A stretch of 64,000 bases of DNA from Candidatus Woesearchaeota archaeon (GTDB lineage: Archaea > Nanobdellota > Nanobdellia > Pacearchaeales > GW2011-AR1): positions 2,028 to 66,027 of the forward strand of contig CAZOCP010000001.1 in the NCBI GenBank assembly GCA_964578345.1. Direction: 5' to 3'. Both the position numbers and the translations under genes were made by a program. Each line of letters begins with the position of its first letter. Within the stretch, counting starts at the first letter, position 1. A model generated the notes under the pieces. That model saw only the letters and a program-made list of their open reading frames with translations. It was not told the DNA's origin and did not search any database. Shown here piece after piece: positions 48,101-57,544 of this stretch.

Positions 48101-48633
48101 TCGTAAAGAGCATATCCAAAAATTTCACGAAGGTAATCAATAATAACTAAAGAAAAAGCAGCCTCGGTCCCCCCTGCCGATCTAATTGGCCCCGAATAAT
48201 ATGGAGCAAAAAAATCTTCTCCTTTAGAAGTCTTCTTTAATTTAAGTTGTATAAATCCCTCAATAGGAGAAGAAACATACCCTAAAGTCAAATATCCTAT
48301 TGCAACTCTGATTCCCGCCTCAATTGCTTCTAAATGACTTTGGAATTTACAAAACTTTTCTTTTGCAATTTCCTCTGCAATCTTCAATGCAACAGCAGGG
48401 TCAAGAGAGCCGTATTGTTTCTCTAATTCAAAAATTCTTCGGATAATTCCTTGGTCAATAATCTGAGGGTATAAAACTGAAACTAATCCGACGACTCTTT
48501 CTGCCAAAGAATTAGCTAGGGGAACTTCAACATCGCTCACAGGGTCGTATCCCTTCTTTTTTGCCTCCTTTGCTATAGTATAACATATTTGAACATTGTC
48601 TTCAATAGAAGAAAAATGATGATTAATATGCAC
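45193..48633 (-). CDS. polC: DNA polymerase II (PolD) large catalytic subunit DP2
   Basis: 1146 aa; multiple Cys clusters (CRNCSIDSVYPFCEKC, CSSCDS) and the conserved DP2 length and organisation; no intein. Confidence 0.9.
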   Translation of the reverse strand: MHINHHFSSIEDNVQICYTIAKEAKKKGYDPVSDVEVPLANSLAERVVGLVSVLYPQIIDQGIIRRIFELEKQYGSLDPAVALKIAEEIAKEKFCKFQSHLEAIEAGIRVAIGYLTLGYVSSPIEGFIQLKLKKTSKGEDFFAPYYSGPIRSAGGTEAAFSLVIIDYLREIFGYALYDPTDDEIKRGIHECYEYHERITNLQYLPSEKELEFLMQNLPVQLTGDPSEDKEVYNYKDLPRIETNFIRSGFALVIGEGLAQKAPKVLGRIIKLKQKGFNLSGWDWLEEFVKLQKKIKEREAGGQRSGATYIQDLVAGRPVFAHPSRSGAFRLRYGRCRNTGYSTLALHPATMAVTQGFIAVGTQLKIEKPTKGCTIAICDNIDGPIVKLLDGAVRILKDHNETLKIYPQIIEIIYLGDLLVPYGDFLNRNHPLEEAGYIEQYWLEELMAAGGNSEMFPVFSDALIMSEKYKVPLHPSFIYYWREISYEDFLALLDWIAHGEVREKSLVLPFTRQDKERFSKGKRALEIIGCEHSLSIENVVLSEKNTKALLFNLGILDYSLLEKNIDTISVRISNKPVLDIINELCPVKIKDKSGTFIGARMGRPEKAKLRKLVGSPHVLFPVGEEGGRMRSLLSAIEEGGVKAEFPLYFCRNCSIDSVYPFCEKCRQECILRYYCSSCDSFSFETCKEHGFSKSYHNNHIDVFSYYTSARKKIGLREEEISFIVKGVRGTSNKDHNCEHLSKGLLRAKHNLNVNKDGTIRYDMTEMPLTHFKPCEIGTSISKLKNMGYTSDIYGKELERDDQILEIYPHDIILPSCPVTPDERADAVFLSVARFIDDELEKLYNLNRFFNASKREDLVGCLFACMSPHTSAAVAGRLIGFSQTQALLASPYIHAAMRRDCDGDEAAVMLLMDLLLNFSRKFLPSHRGGTQDAPLVLNMRIRANEVDDMIFDVDVSKKIPLALYEAAERHSSPFEIKMEQVRGRLGTNKEFEELWFSYDTSNINAGPLCSVYKTLPAMQDKVDSMMNLCGKLRAVDVRDVSRLIIERHFIRDIRGNLRKFSQQVFRCVGCNEKFRRPPLTGKCTRCGGKLIFTVSEGSILKYLLPALDLAKKYKVSPYLLESLELTQKYIQSIFGREKERQEVLGKWF

Positions 48634-50197
48634 GATTGATTTCCTCCTCTACGCCGAAATCATAAACTTTCAGTTCTCTTGTTTTTAGGTTTAACACTGG
48701 AACTTTTGCAGGTTCTGGAATATTTCCAACTTTCTCTTCAAATTCTGTCTGGGCCTGCCAACAGCTTCCAGTTATAATAAGAGTCCCGTTGTAATTCTCA
48801 ATATCTAGTCTATGCACTTCTCCTGTACATAAAACATCTGGAACTTCTTCTATAACCAATGGATCTTTTTCTGCATTTGGGATATAGATAACTGAAGAAT
48901 GTGTTGGTGCAAGGTGCCTTCTCTTTAACATATGTCTAACTGCTTTGGCGGGCGATCTGTGCGCTTTCATTTCCCTTAATTCAGGAATCTCATTAATAAA
49001 AGAATGTATGCTTGCTCCATGGTACATTAAAACTTTAAATTCTTTGTCCTGCTCATAGAGCTTCACAAGCGAGGGATTAGTCACAAGCACTAAATTTTCT
49101 ATTTCGTATAAAGGAGAGCCGTAATATCTATCGATTAATGGCTGTGGTTCGGCAACTCTTGTTGCGTCATGCTGCCCAGGACACATAAAAATAATTATGT
49201 TTTTAGGTATTCTTTTCATATAAGAAGCCAAAAGAGAATATTGCTCTTTCATGCTTTTCAAAGCTAAAACCTGCTCTTGCCCGGGAAAAATTCCAACTCC
49301 ATCGACATTGTCTCCGGAAAAAAACAAATATTTAATTTTCTTAGCTGATTCTTCATCACTGTTAATCCACTCTAAAAAACGTTCGAAGCTTTTGTATAAA
49401 TGTCTGTCGCTCCCACAATGAACGTCGGATAAAAAAGCAATTGATATGTCTTGCTCGAATTTTGATTTCTCAAGAAGAAAAGCATCTGGGAAATAAATAT
49501 CATGAATAAAAATAATATCTCGGTTTCCTGACGCTTTAACAGCAACTACATCATCTAGCTGCAGTTCTCGGGCTTTGTTAAAAACCTCTAGCCGCTCTAA
49601 TTTTACCAAGCCGCTGATTTTTCCTGTCAAATCTTCCAAAGAAATAATTAAGTTCTTATTTTTTGTCTGCCTCTTTTCATTTACGATTCCAATAATGCTT
49701 AATTGTTGCCTCTCACTAGAAATTTTATTTATTGAACACAGATTCGTCAAATCTTGCCTTTGCATTAAAATACGTTGTAGTTGTTGATAGCGCGAACGAA
49801 AGTGATTTATAAAGTCAGAAACCTCGATTTTCTTAGAGGGAAGCGTAGATGAATAAAATAGTCTATAAGAAGAAGTCTGGGGGTTTATATTTTCTATTCC
49901 CGCACTTGATAGATTTATTTTTTCTTTTCTAATTTCAAATTTAATTCCTAATTTAATAAAAACATTCTCTATAGATAATTTATCTTCGCCTGACAGTTGC
50001 CCTAAAATTTGCTGAACATATTCTATATTATTTGATAAAGTAGATTTGGTTATTAATTTCTGCCCGGAAAATCTAACAAGATTTTCCAAAAAAACTTGCG
50101 CAATTTTTTTATCTTGTATGCTCTCTAAAATATCAAAAATCTCTTTTTCTAATAATAGCCCGCTCTCCCGAATTGTGTTTAAAATATCAGAATTCAT
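48623..50197 (-). CDS. polB: DNA polymerase II (PolD) small subunit DP1 (calcineurin-like phosphoesterase/exonuclease)
   Basis: OB-fold region plus metallophosphoesterase motifs (FLSDVHCGSD, FFSGDNVDG, GQHD, GHxH). Confidence 0.9.
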   Translation of the reverse strand: MNSDILNTIRESGLLLEKEIFDILESIQDKKIAQVFLENLVRFSGQKLITKSTLSNNIEYVQQILGQLSGEDKLSIENVFIKLGIKFEIRKEKINLSSAGIENINPQTSSYRLFYSSTLPSKKIEVSDFINHFRSRYQQLQRILMQRQDLTNLCSINKISSERQQLSIIGIVNEKRQTKNKNLIISLEDLTGKISGLVKLERLEVFNKARELQLDDVVAVKASGNRDIIFIHDIYFPDAFLLEKSKFEQDISIAFLSDVHCGSDRHLYKSFERFLEWINSDEESAKKIKYLFFSGDNVDGVGIFPGQEQVLALKSMKEQYSLLASYMKRIPKNIIIFMCPGQHDATRVAEPQPLIDRYYGSPLYEIENLVLVTNPSLVKLYEQDKEFKVLMYHGASIHSFINEIPELREMKAHRSPAKAVRHMLKRRHLAPTHSSVIYIPNAEKDPLVIEEVPDVLCTGEVHRLDIENYNGTLIITGSCWQAQTEFEEKVGNIPEPAKVPVLNLKTRELKVYDFGVEEEINRAY

Positions 50198-51399
50198 TGG
50201 AATAAAGCACGATCTAAAATATCCCGCGCCTTTGGTTTAATGTTTTGGCCTAACATCAGTTTTATCTCGCGCATTCTCCCCCTACGTCCTTTGCTGATTA
50301 CTTGCGCAGTTATAATCCCAAGCATATCAAACTCCGCGAGAATATCTGAAATTCTTCTTTGTGTTAGTATTTCATTTTTCGTCTTCTCGCATAATAATTG
50401 ATAAGCACCATAAACTTCGCCTGTGTAAATGGGGCTAGACTTATTTGTATCGTCTAATTGCATAATTGCAGCCAAAACCAATTGAAATTGTCTTGGCTCG
50501 CTCTCGATAATATCAAGCATTTTGTCTTTCTCTATTTTCTGATTTGCAGAATCTATATGGGATAATGTAATAGACTTGCTCTCTTCTCTTTCTGCCAGCT
50601 CTCCCGCAACTCTCAGCAAATCAAGCGCTCTTCTGGCGTCCCCGTGTTCTCTAGCTGCATAAGCCGCGCATTTTGCTAGAACTCCTTCGCCTAATACCCC
50701 TTGTTTAAATGCGTGCTGCGCTCTCTCTCTCAAAATATCCTGTAATTGCAGTGCATTATAGGGCGAGAAAACCATCTCCTCCTCTCCTAAAGAGCTCTTA
50801 ACTCTAGGATCCAAATTATCCTTAAATGTTAGGCTGTTGCTTATCCCAATAATGCTGATCTGGGCGTGTCTCAGCTCTGAATTCAGTCTGGTCAAAGTAT
50901 AAATAAAACTATCAGAAATCTTTTTGACTGCTTGGTCTATTTCATCTAATACTATAATAATAATTTGTTTTTTATAATCTATTAATTCAATAAATCTTCG
51001 ATAAACTTCATCCGTAGGAAGTCCGGTTGCCGGGACTGTCCCCCCTAAAGTATTTATCAACTCTGCAAGAATCCTGTATTCTGTGTCTGCAATTTTTTTA
51101 AGTTTGCAGTTTATATAAACAAATTGCAGGTTCTCCTCTCCAAGTTCTTTTATTTTATCCATTAGCTTCAAACCAACGTGTTGGACGCATAGCGTCTTTC
51201 CGCTTCCTGTCTTGCCATAAACAAAAAGATTGCTGATTCTCTCTCCTCGCAGCGCGGGCGCCAATATGGAAGCCACCGAAGCAATTTGTTCGTCTCTGTG
51301 CGGAACAAAATCAGGCGTATAGTTCGATTGTAAACAGCTCTTATTTTTAAATAAACTCTGAGATACAAATGCATTAAAAATACCCTCAACTCTGTCCAT
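50194..51399 (-). CDS. cdc6: Orc1/Cdc6 replication initiator
   Basis: AAA+ Walker A VYGKTGSGKT, Walker B, sensor motifs and a C-terminal winged helix. Confidence 0.9.
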   Translation of the reverse strand: MDRVEGIFNAFVSQSLFKNKSCLQSNYTPDFVPHRDEQIASVASILAPALRGERISNLFVYGKTGSGKTLCVQHVGLKLMDKIKELGEENLQFVYINCKLKKIADTEYRILAELINTLGGTVPATGLPTDEVYRRFIELIDYKKQIIIIVLDEIDQAVKKISDSFIYTLTRLNSELRHAQISIIGISNSLTFKDNLDPRVKSSLGEEEMVFSPYNALQLQDILRERAQHAFKQGVLGEGVLAKCAAYAAREHGDARRALDLLRVAGELAEREESKSITLSHIDSANQKIEKDKMLDIIESEPRQFQLVLAAIMQLDDTNKSSPIYTGEVYGAYQLLCEKTKNEILTQRRISDILAEFDMLGIITAQVISKGRRGRMREIKLMLGQNIKPKARDILDRALFQ

Positions 51400-51439
51400 A
51401 TATCACCTCTAAATTCTAGATGTAATAAGAGATTATAAA

Positions 51440-52060
51440 CTTATAGGTATTATTTTTCATATTTCCTGTGGAAAAAAGAATTTAAAGAGAATAAACCCTC
51501 CTTGAAGAAAAAAACAAACAATATCTCACACCTTGCTTTCCTATGGAGAACATAAACAAATGAAACATTCCCAAATTAATAAATGATTTGTATATAACCA
51601 TAAATTTGTATATAACCATAAAATACAGTTTATATTAACTTTATACTAAATACAATTTATATTAACTTTATACTATATAATAATACTCTAGAGTATTATT
51701 AATTACCAATCAGAACATTATATATAACCATAAATACACTTTTTATTACATAGTCCTATTAATCCGAATATTATACATAACTATAAAAAATACTTTCTAA
51801 TATATTATATTTAATTATATACTATTATATAATATCTTTTTCTATATAGTATATTTAATTATATACTATTATAAAACATACTTTCCAATATAATACATTT
51901 ACTTATATACTATTACATAATATATTTTTCTATATATTATATTTATATATGGAAAAATTTAAAAAGGAAGAAAAAATCCACGAGGAACAAACTCACTATA
52001 TAAATCCCCTCCATGAGAAACAATAGGGTCTCCAGGAAACAACCTTAAACCAAGAAACAA
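51440..52060. promoter_or_regulatory. putative replication origin (oriC) with ORB-like dyads, AT-rich direct repeats and a palindrome
   Basis: ORB-like TTTCC-N3-GGAAAA (51462-51475), TTTCC-TAT-GGAGAA (51536-51550), TCCA-CGA-GGAAC (51976-51992), TCCATGAGAAAC (52006-52022), TCCAGGAAAC (52029-52044). Direct repeats TATATAACCATAAAT x3 and TTTATATTAACTTTATACT x2. A 22-nt perfect palindrome lies at 51679-51700; the element is adjacent to cdc6. Confidence 0.6.
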
Positions 52061-52204
52061 CTCCAACCCAAGAAACAACACCCCATATTTCATATTATCA
52101 CCAATCCACACAATCTCCCCACCCCCTTCCCACAACCTATTATCCCCTTTATCCAGTACAAAAAATAGAGAAAAGTTTATATATATCTCACAATTACAAA
52201 CCAC

Positions 52205-52465
52205 ATGCCATTGGACAAACGCCCACTTAAAGACATAATAGGAAAACTAGTAGTGACCAAAGAAGGAAGACGTCTCGGTATTGTGAAAGACATAACTTTC
52301 GAAACAAGAACAGGCGAACTCATACAAATAATTCTTAAAGACACTACCCCATATACCAAAAATCTCAATCTAGAAACATCCCCCCAAAAAGAAACACTTA
52401 TTCCATACAACACCATTATCGCAATAGGAGACTTTGTAGTTATTTCAGAAGAAGATTTAATATAG
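52205..52465 (+). CDS. PRC-barrel domain protein
   Basis: GKLVVTKEGRRLGIVKDITFETRTGELIQIIL...IGDFVVISEEDL pattern typical of the PRC barrel. Confidence 0.5.
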   Translation: MPLDKRPLKDIIGKLVVTKEGRRLGIVKDITFETRTGELIQIILKDTTPYTKNLNLETSPQKETLIPYNTIIAIGDFVVISEEDLI

Positions 52466-52497
52466 ACCACCAATTTTAAATATACAAAATCACAACA

Positions 52498-52932
52498 ATG
52501 ATCCAACTAGTCAGTTTTAATTTTTCCAAGATTTCGGCCGAAAGACACCTCAATTTCACTCTTCAAAACATAAACACAAATATAGAATTCATCTCAATAG
52601 ATAAAGACAAGCTAGATTTAATTAAAGACAACGAAATTTTAAATATAAAGTTTAAGTTAACCATCTCTTATACAAAAAAAGAAGATAAAAAAACAGAAGA
52701 GGAAAAACAAGGAGAAGTGTTTTTTGAAGGGAATCTCATAGTATCAACAGATAAAGAAGAAGCAAAAAACATTCTCAAACAATGGAAGAAAAAAGAGATA
52801 AACCCACAAATAAAACTTCCTCTTTTCAACACAATTCTAGAAAGATGCGCCGCCAAAGCTCTGAAATTAGAAGAAGAGGTCAACCTACCTTTCCACATTC
52901 CCATTCCAAAAATACAGCCCAAACAACAATAA
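52498..52932 (+). CDS. hypothetical protein
   Basis: 144-aa ORF, K/E-rich. Confidence 0.3.
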   Translation: MIQLVSFNFSKISAERHLNFTLQNINTNIEFISIDKDKLDLIKDNEILNIKFKLTISYTKKEDKKTEEEKQGEVFFEGNLIVSTDKEEAKNILKQWKKKEINPQIKLPLFNTILERCAAKALKLEEEVNLPFHIPIPKIQPKQQ

Positions 52933-53652
52933 TTACTTTAAATCTCCAACCTTCCCAAAATCAAGCACTTCTAAATTTTCTCCCATAATTTTGACTCGAA
53001 AGTTCATTAAGTTAAATTTCCATGCCAAATTGCTTTGATTATTTACTACATCTATTCCTTCTCCAATTCCAGAAAAACTAGGTAAAATTATTATTTTTTT
53101 ATCTCTATATTTTCCCTCAAGAAAACATTTATATTTTTCAACTTTAACACCATCTCTCAAACTAACAGCCGGATGTAAATGTCCCATTATCCAGAATTTA
53201 ATTTTCTTTTTATAAATCTCAGAAAAATCTTTGTCGCCATGCAAAAAACAATACTTCTCTAATAATAAATATTCTCTAATAATATATTTTCTCTTATTTA
53301 CGATTTCTAATAGATAATTATCATGATTTCCCTTAATTATCTCAATTTTTTTACATTTTTTATCTAAATAATCAAATAAATTAACCAAACCATATCTCTC
53401 TTCTAATGTTAAACCTGAAAACTCATGCTTCAAATCTCCCAAAATAACTACCTTCTCAACTTTCTCAATCCTTTCAAATATTTCTTCAAAATCAGAAATC
53501 ATCTCATCATACATTCTTTTCGATATATCGACTCCTCCAATCTTTCCAAATGCACCAATATGTATATCACCTATCACCAAAATTTTATCTCTCTTTCCGG
53601 CTTCTTCATTTTCAATTAACAAGCATTTTCCTATATATTTTACTTTCTCCAT
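52933..53652 (-). CDS. calcineurin-like metallophosphoesterase (MPE partner of Lhr)
   Basis: Motifs GDIHIG, GDLKHE, GNHDNY, GHLH; immediately downstream of the Lhr-like helicase. Confidence 0.7.
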   Translation of the reverse strand: MEKVKYIGKCLLIENEEAGKRDKILVIGDIHIGAFGKIGGVDISKRMYDEMISDFEEIFERIEKVEKVVILGDLKHEFSGLTLEERYGLVNLFDYLDKKCKKIEIIKGNHDNYLLEIVNKRKYIIREYLLLEKYCFLHGDKDFSEIYKKKIKFWIMGHLHPAVSLRDGVKVEKYKCFLEGKYRDKKIIILPSFSGIGEGIDVVNNQSNLAWKFNLMNFRVKIMGENLEVLDFGKVGDLK

Positions 53653-53717
53653 AAAATTTCCATAGAAAGATACTAATTAAGGTTTTCTACAATATCAAAT
53701 AAGCGAAGGCCCGATTA

Positions 53718-56324
53718 TTAAATCTTCTGTTTGCTCGTAATCACCTTCAAATGTAATTCATGCATTCTTTTCAAAAAAGAAGAGCGGTCTTCTATTTTTA
53801 TCAAGTCAGACCTGCCCTGAATAAAGATATTTAACCCAAAAGGAGAGACCAACGGAACATTAATTTTTTTTATTTTTATTTTTCCAGATTCTATCGACTC
53901 TAAAATTTTTTTAGCTCTGGGAAGATCCATTAAATCCTCTAATACTTCTCTGCGCGCCTCACGCAAAATTGGGAACTCCATACTGATTTTCCGGACAGCG
54001 CTTAGTAAAAAACCAGAATGCACCTGTTGTTTTCCAACACTTTTTTCTCTACCCTTATATGTACGCAAAATCATCAAGCTGCGAGCAGCACAATGCCTAA
54101 ATCTTCTTTGAAGAACTTCTGTTTTTTCCACAGCTTCTTTTAAGATTTCCTCAAACTTTTTCGCTTCCACAGATTTAATAATTTTATTTTCATCCAATTC
54201 TTCTCCAGCTATATAAAATCCATTATCATGTATCCCCATTTCTACATCTCTAGACCTCAGCCGCGCAGCAGCATACGCATATACACGAGCCAAAGCATCA
54301 TTCACTCTTCTGCCATACATACTATGAAATAGCAGGTATTCTTTTTCTTCTTTAAATTTTTCAATCAATAAATTTTTATCATCAGGAATATCTGAAAAGT
54401 CCGCCTGCTCCTTAAAATACAGGTATATTTCTTCTGCAACATTCTCTTTACAATATAAATAAGAGCATATAAAATACACACACTCCTTTTTATTTTCTAA
54501 CCTTTCTTTTACCAATCTCCTAAACACTCCAATGTCAAGAGCAACATCAAAATGTAAAGGCAGCATTTCCGAGAACCACGAGGGAATAGTAGGATTTTTA
54601 GTTACTCCGGCACGCACAAACGCCTTCATCCCTCGCGCATATAAAAATTGGTATTTCTGCCCTCCGAGTACAAAAATATCTCCTCTTTTCATGCGCTCCA
54701 GAAAAGATTCATCAATCTTTCCAACACTCAAACCAGTATCTCCTCCAGCGCCTATCACCACAGAAATGAATCCTTCTTCAGGGATAGTTCCTAAATTTGT
54801 CAAATAAATAACTCTAGCTAATTTTCCTCTTTTTCCAATTTTACTCTCTTTCTCATCATACCAAATCTTCGCATACACACTCCTATGCTCAAGATCGTAC
54901 TCTCCAGCTAAATAACTAACCACATCAAAAAAATCTTCTTTACTCAAAGAGGCATAACAATAGCTTCTTCTGATAGTGCTGAGCATTTCATCAACATCCC
55001 ACACTCTACTAATAGCCATACCATAAATTTGCTGAGCCAGAACATCTAAACAATTATGAGGAATTTCAGCTCTATCAATTTTTCTCTCCGTCATATGTTT
55101 CATCAACACCCCGCATTCTACTAATTCCTCTCTCTCTAATACAATAAATTTTCCTTTAGGAGATTCATGTAGCTTATGCCCTGCTCTGCCGATACGTTGC
55201 AAAGCTCGCGCCACCCCCTTAGGAGAACGTAAAAGTATAACCAAATCAATACTTCCAATATCAATCCCTAATTCTAAGCTTGTGCTGCTCACTACCACTT
55301 TCAATTCACCCTTTCTCAATCTATCTTCAATTTCAAACCGCTTTTCTTTACTCATGCTGCTGTGATGTGCGCCCATAATCCCTTCATATTTTCCAGGAAA
55401 ATGAATTCCCAAATAATGTATTATCCTCTCTGTCGCAGCACGGGTATTAGTAAAAATCAGCGTAGTCCGATGCTGCACAATTAAATCATCCAGCATTCTA
55501 TATAATTCCTTCTGATTTTCAGAACTTTCTGCTTCTAAAATATTCTTGCCAGGAAACTTTAATTCAATATCAATATTTTTTTCCAATTTTACTTCAGCAA
55601 TTAAGCAGCTCCTCCCCTCACCTACTAAAAACCTCGCAATCTCTTCAAGAGGCGCAATAGTCGCGCTCAATCCAATACGTACAGGCTCAATCAAACTAAA
55701 AACACACAACCTTTCCAAACTCAAAGACAAATACACTCCTCTTTTATTAGTTAAAGCATGGATTTCATCTACTATAATATATTCCAAGGCTCTGAGTTTC
55801 TCAACAAATTTTTCTGTTGTAAGAATAATCGCCAAACTTTCAGGTGTAGTGACAAACAAATGAGGCGTCTTTTTTAATTGTCTTGCTCTTTCCTTAGCTT
55901 CACTATCCCCGGTTCTCAAACCAACTCGAATTTCCTGCAGGCTAATGCCATTTTTTTCAGCAAGGGCCTTAATTTCATTAAGCGGAGTAATAAGATTATA
56001 ATGCACATCGTTACTAAGCGATTTTAACGGGCTAATGTAAACAGCATACATTTTCTCTTCTAATTCATTCTTTAAGGCTAACTCTACTAAATAATTAATT
56101 ATACTCAAGAACGCCGTGAGAGTCTTTGTTCCGCCAGTAGGAGCAGAGATAAGTATGTTTTTTCTGTCTCTTATAGCTTTCACTCCGCATAATTGTGTCA
56201 AGGAAAATTCTTTAAATTTACCAAAAAACCATTCACTAACTAAAGGATTAAGCGTTTCTCTTATCTCTTCCTCCCCGCTTGGTTTTTCAATATATTTTAT
56301 TTCATTCATATTAAGCTGATCCAC
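53718..56324 (-). CDS. lhr: Lhr-core-type SF2 DNA helicase
   Basis: Walker A APTGGTKT, DEIH box, motif VI QRIGRAGH, long C-terminal Lhr-type domain (868 aa). Confidence 0.75.
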   Translation of the reverse strand: MDQLNMNEIKYIEKPSGEEEIRETLNPLVSEWFFGKFKEFSLTQLCGVKAIRDRKNILISAPTGGTKTLTAFLSIINYLVELALKNELEEKMYAVYISPLKSLSNDVHYNLITPLNEIKALAEKNGISLQEIRVGLRTGDSEAKERARQLKKTPHLFVTTPESLAIILTTEKFVEKLRALEYIIVDEIHALTNKRGVYLSLSLERLCVFSLIEPVRIGLSATIAPLEEIARFLVGEGRSCLIAEVKLEKNIDIELKFPGKNILEAESSENQKELYRMLDDLIVQHRTTLIFTNTRAATERIIHYLGIHFPGKYEGIMGAHHSSMSKEKRFEIEDRLRKGELKVVVSSTSLELGIDIGSIDLVILLRSPKGVARALQRIGRAGHKLHESPKGKFIVLEREELVECGVLMKHMTERKIDRAEIPHNCLDVLAQQIYGMAISRVWDVDEMLSTIRRSYCYASLSKEDFFDVVSYLAGEYDLEHRSVYAKIWYDEKESKIGKRGKLARVIYLTNLGTIPEEGFISVVIGAGGDTGLSVGKIDESFLERMKRGDIFVLGGQKYQFLYARGMKAFVRAGVTKNPTIPSWFSEMLPLHFDVALDIGVFRRLVKERLENKKECVYFICSYLYCKENVAEEIYLYFKEQADFSDIPDDKNLLIEKFKEEKEYLLFHSMYGRRVNDALARVYAYAAARLRSRDVEMGIHDNGFYIAGEELDENKIIKSVEAKKFEEILKEAVEKTEVLQRRFRHCAARSLMILRTYKGREKSVGKQQVHSGFLLSAVRKISMEFPILREARREVLEDLMDLPRAKKILESIESGKIKIKKINVPLVSPFGLNIFIQGRSDLIKIEDRSSFLKRMHELHLKVITSKQKI

Positions 56325-56396
56325 GTAGACTAATAAAATTTAATAGAGATTATTTAAGTCTTGCGAAACTTATTTTCCAATCCTCAATGGCCCTCA

Positions 56397-56464
56397 AGGA
56401 CGAAAGTCCCTAATGAAACGAGTGCCTATCAAAACCTCACCTCATCAAGAATTGGAAATTCTTG
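56397..56464 (+). repeat. copy B of the repeated structured motif (GGAC-GAAA-GTCC hairpin, conserved box ATGAAACGAGTGCCTATCAAAACC, 8-bp hairpin CAAGAATT-GGA-AATTCTTG)
   Basis: The 22-24-nt box is near-identical to the reverse complement of 41604-41628, with flanking hairpins in the same relative order. Confidence 0.4.
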
Positions 56465-56575
56465 ACTGCCTTCAAGGACAATTTACTTTTACTCTATCTT
56501 CTTTCTAAACACACATAGAGAAATATATATTATATAAGATAATTCTTTATATACTCTCTATTTTTTCCTTACTAA

Positions 56576-57178
56576 ATGAGCAACTATATTAAAATAACTT
56601 CTAAAAATCTCACAGAAATCAAAAAAGCTTTAGATCTTAAAAAAGGAAAACTTCTGCTTTACGAACCAGATTTAGCGTATCGCCTTTCTTCAAGAAAAAC
56701 AGAAAGAGTCTTTATGGGGAGCGCTCACTTTCATTTATTTGGCAATGCGCGCATTATTTCCTCTCAGTTTATATCAGCTTCTTCATTTAACCATAAAGAG
56801 AGCAGAGAATATACTTTAAGGCAAAGAATACCCTCAGACGATTTATCATGGGAAGTAGCTTACTCTTTTTTCAATTCATTAAATCTTCCTAACAACTATG
56901 TCTTCCAAATTTATGGTCAGGTTATGATAGGATGCCCTCTTTTTTATGAAAGAGGTAGATCTCTCTATATACCCAATGGGAAAAGCTTAGAAAACGCCCT
57001 AGAGGATACTTTAACTGTTTTTGTCAATGAAGTTAACAAAGAAAATCAGACAGGTTTAGGAAAAAAGGAAATAAACTTAATTCTTGAATATGCAATAGAA
57101 GATTTAAAAACAGGCAAAATCCTGGAACACAATCTCAAAGCTGGCAAAGCAGCCGACGCAGTAACCGGGCTTGCTTAA
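56576..57178 (+). CDS. hypothetical protein
   Basis: 200-aa ORF. Confidence 0.3.
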   Translation: MSNYIKITSKNLTEIKKALDLKKGKLLLYEPDLAYRLSSRKTERVFMGSAHFHLFGNARIISSQFISASSFNHKESREYTLRQRIPSDDLSWEVAYSFFNSLNLPNNYVFQIYGQVMIGCPLFYERGRSLYIPNGKSLENALEDTLTVFVNEVNKENQTGLGKKEINLILEYAIEDLKTGKILEHNLKAGKAADAVTGLA

Positions 57179-57229
57179 ACACATACACAAGACCGAATAA
57201 CTTTAATACTCCCCAGCTCTAAAAATAAG

Positions 57230-57541
57230 ATGCCAATCATTTCCCAGCAGAAAAAAGACAAAATATCAGAGCAGATTCTTCACTTCCTGTTCTCTGCAGG
57301 CCCCTCTGCCAAATTCACTTCAGAAATAGCCCGCGAGCTTGCACGAGATGAAGAATTCATAAAAGACCTTTTATCAGATCTAAAAGAAAAGAAGATCGTC
57401 ATAGATATAAGCAAGAACCCCAAAGGGATAAAATACACTCGCCGTCTAAGGTGGAGGCTCACAAACGAAGCATTTGTGGCATATAAAAAACACCAATTCA
57501 AACCGAACAATATTTATAATCTAGAATTGATTAAAGAATAA
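57230..57541 (+). CDS. small winged-helix-like DNA-binding protein
   Basis: 103 aa; helical segment SAKFTSEIARELARDEEFIKDLLSDLKEKKIV. Confidence 0.3.
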   Translation: MPIISQQKKDKISEQILHFLFSAGPSAKFTSEIARELARDEEFIKDLLSDLKEKKIVIDISKNPKGIKYTRRLRWRLTNEAFVAYKKHQFKPNNIYNLELIKE

Positions 57542-57544
57542 AAC

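Noticed and set aside
51959-52506. ORF-track calls 51959..52204(-) and 52177..52506(-)
   Set aside because: The first lies in the C-rich non-coding flank of the putative origin. The second is antisense to the recognisable PRC-barrel gene 52205..52465. Both have low-complexity, Cys/Ser-rich translations typical of spurious frames.
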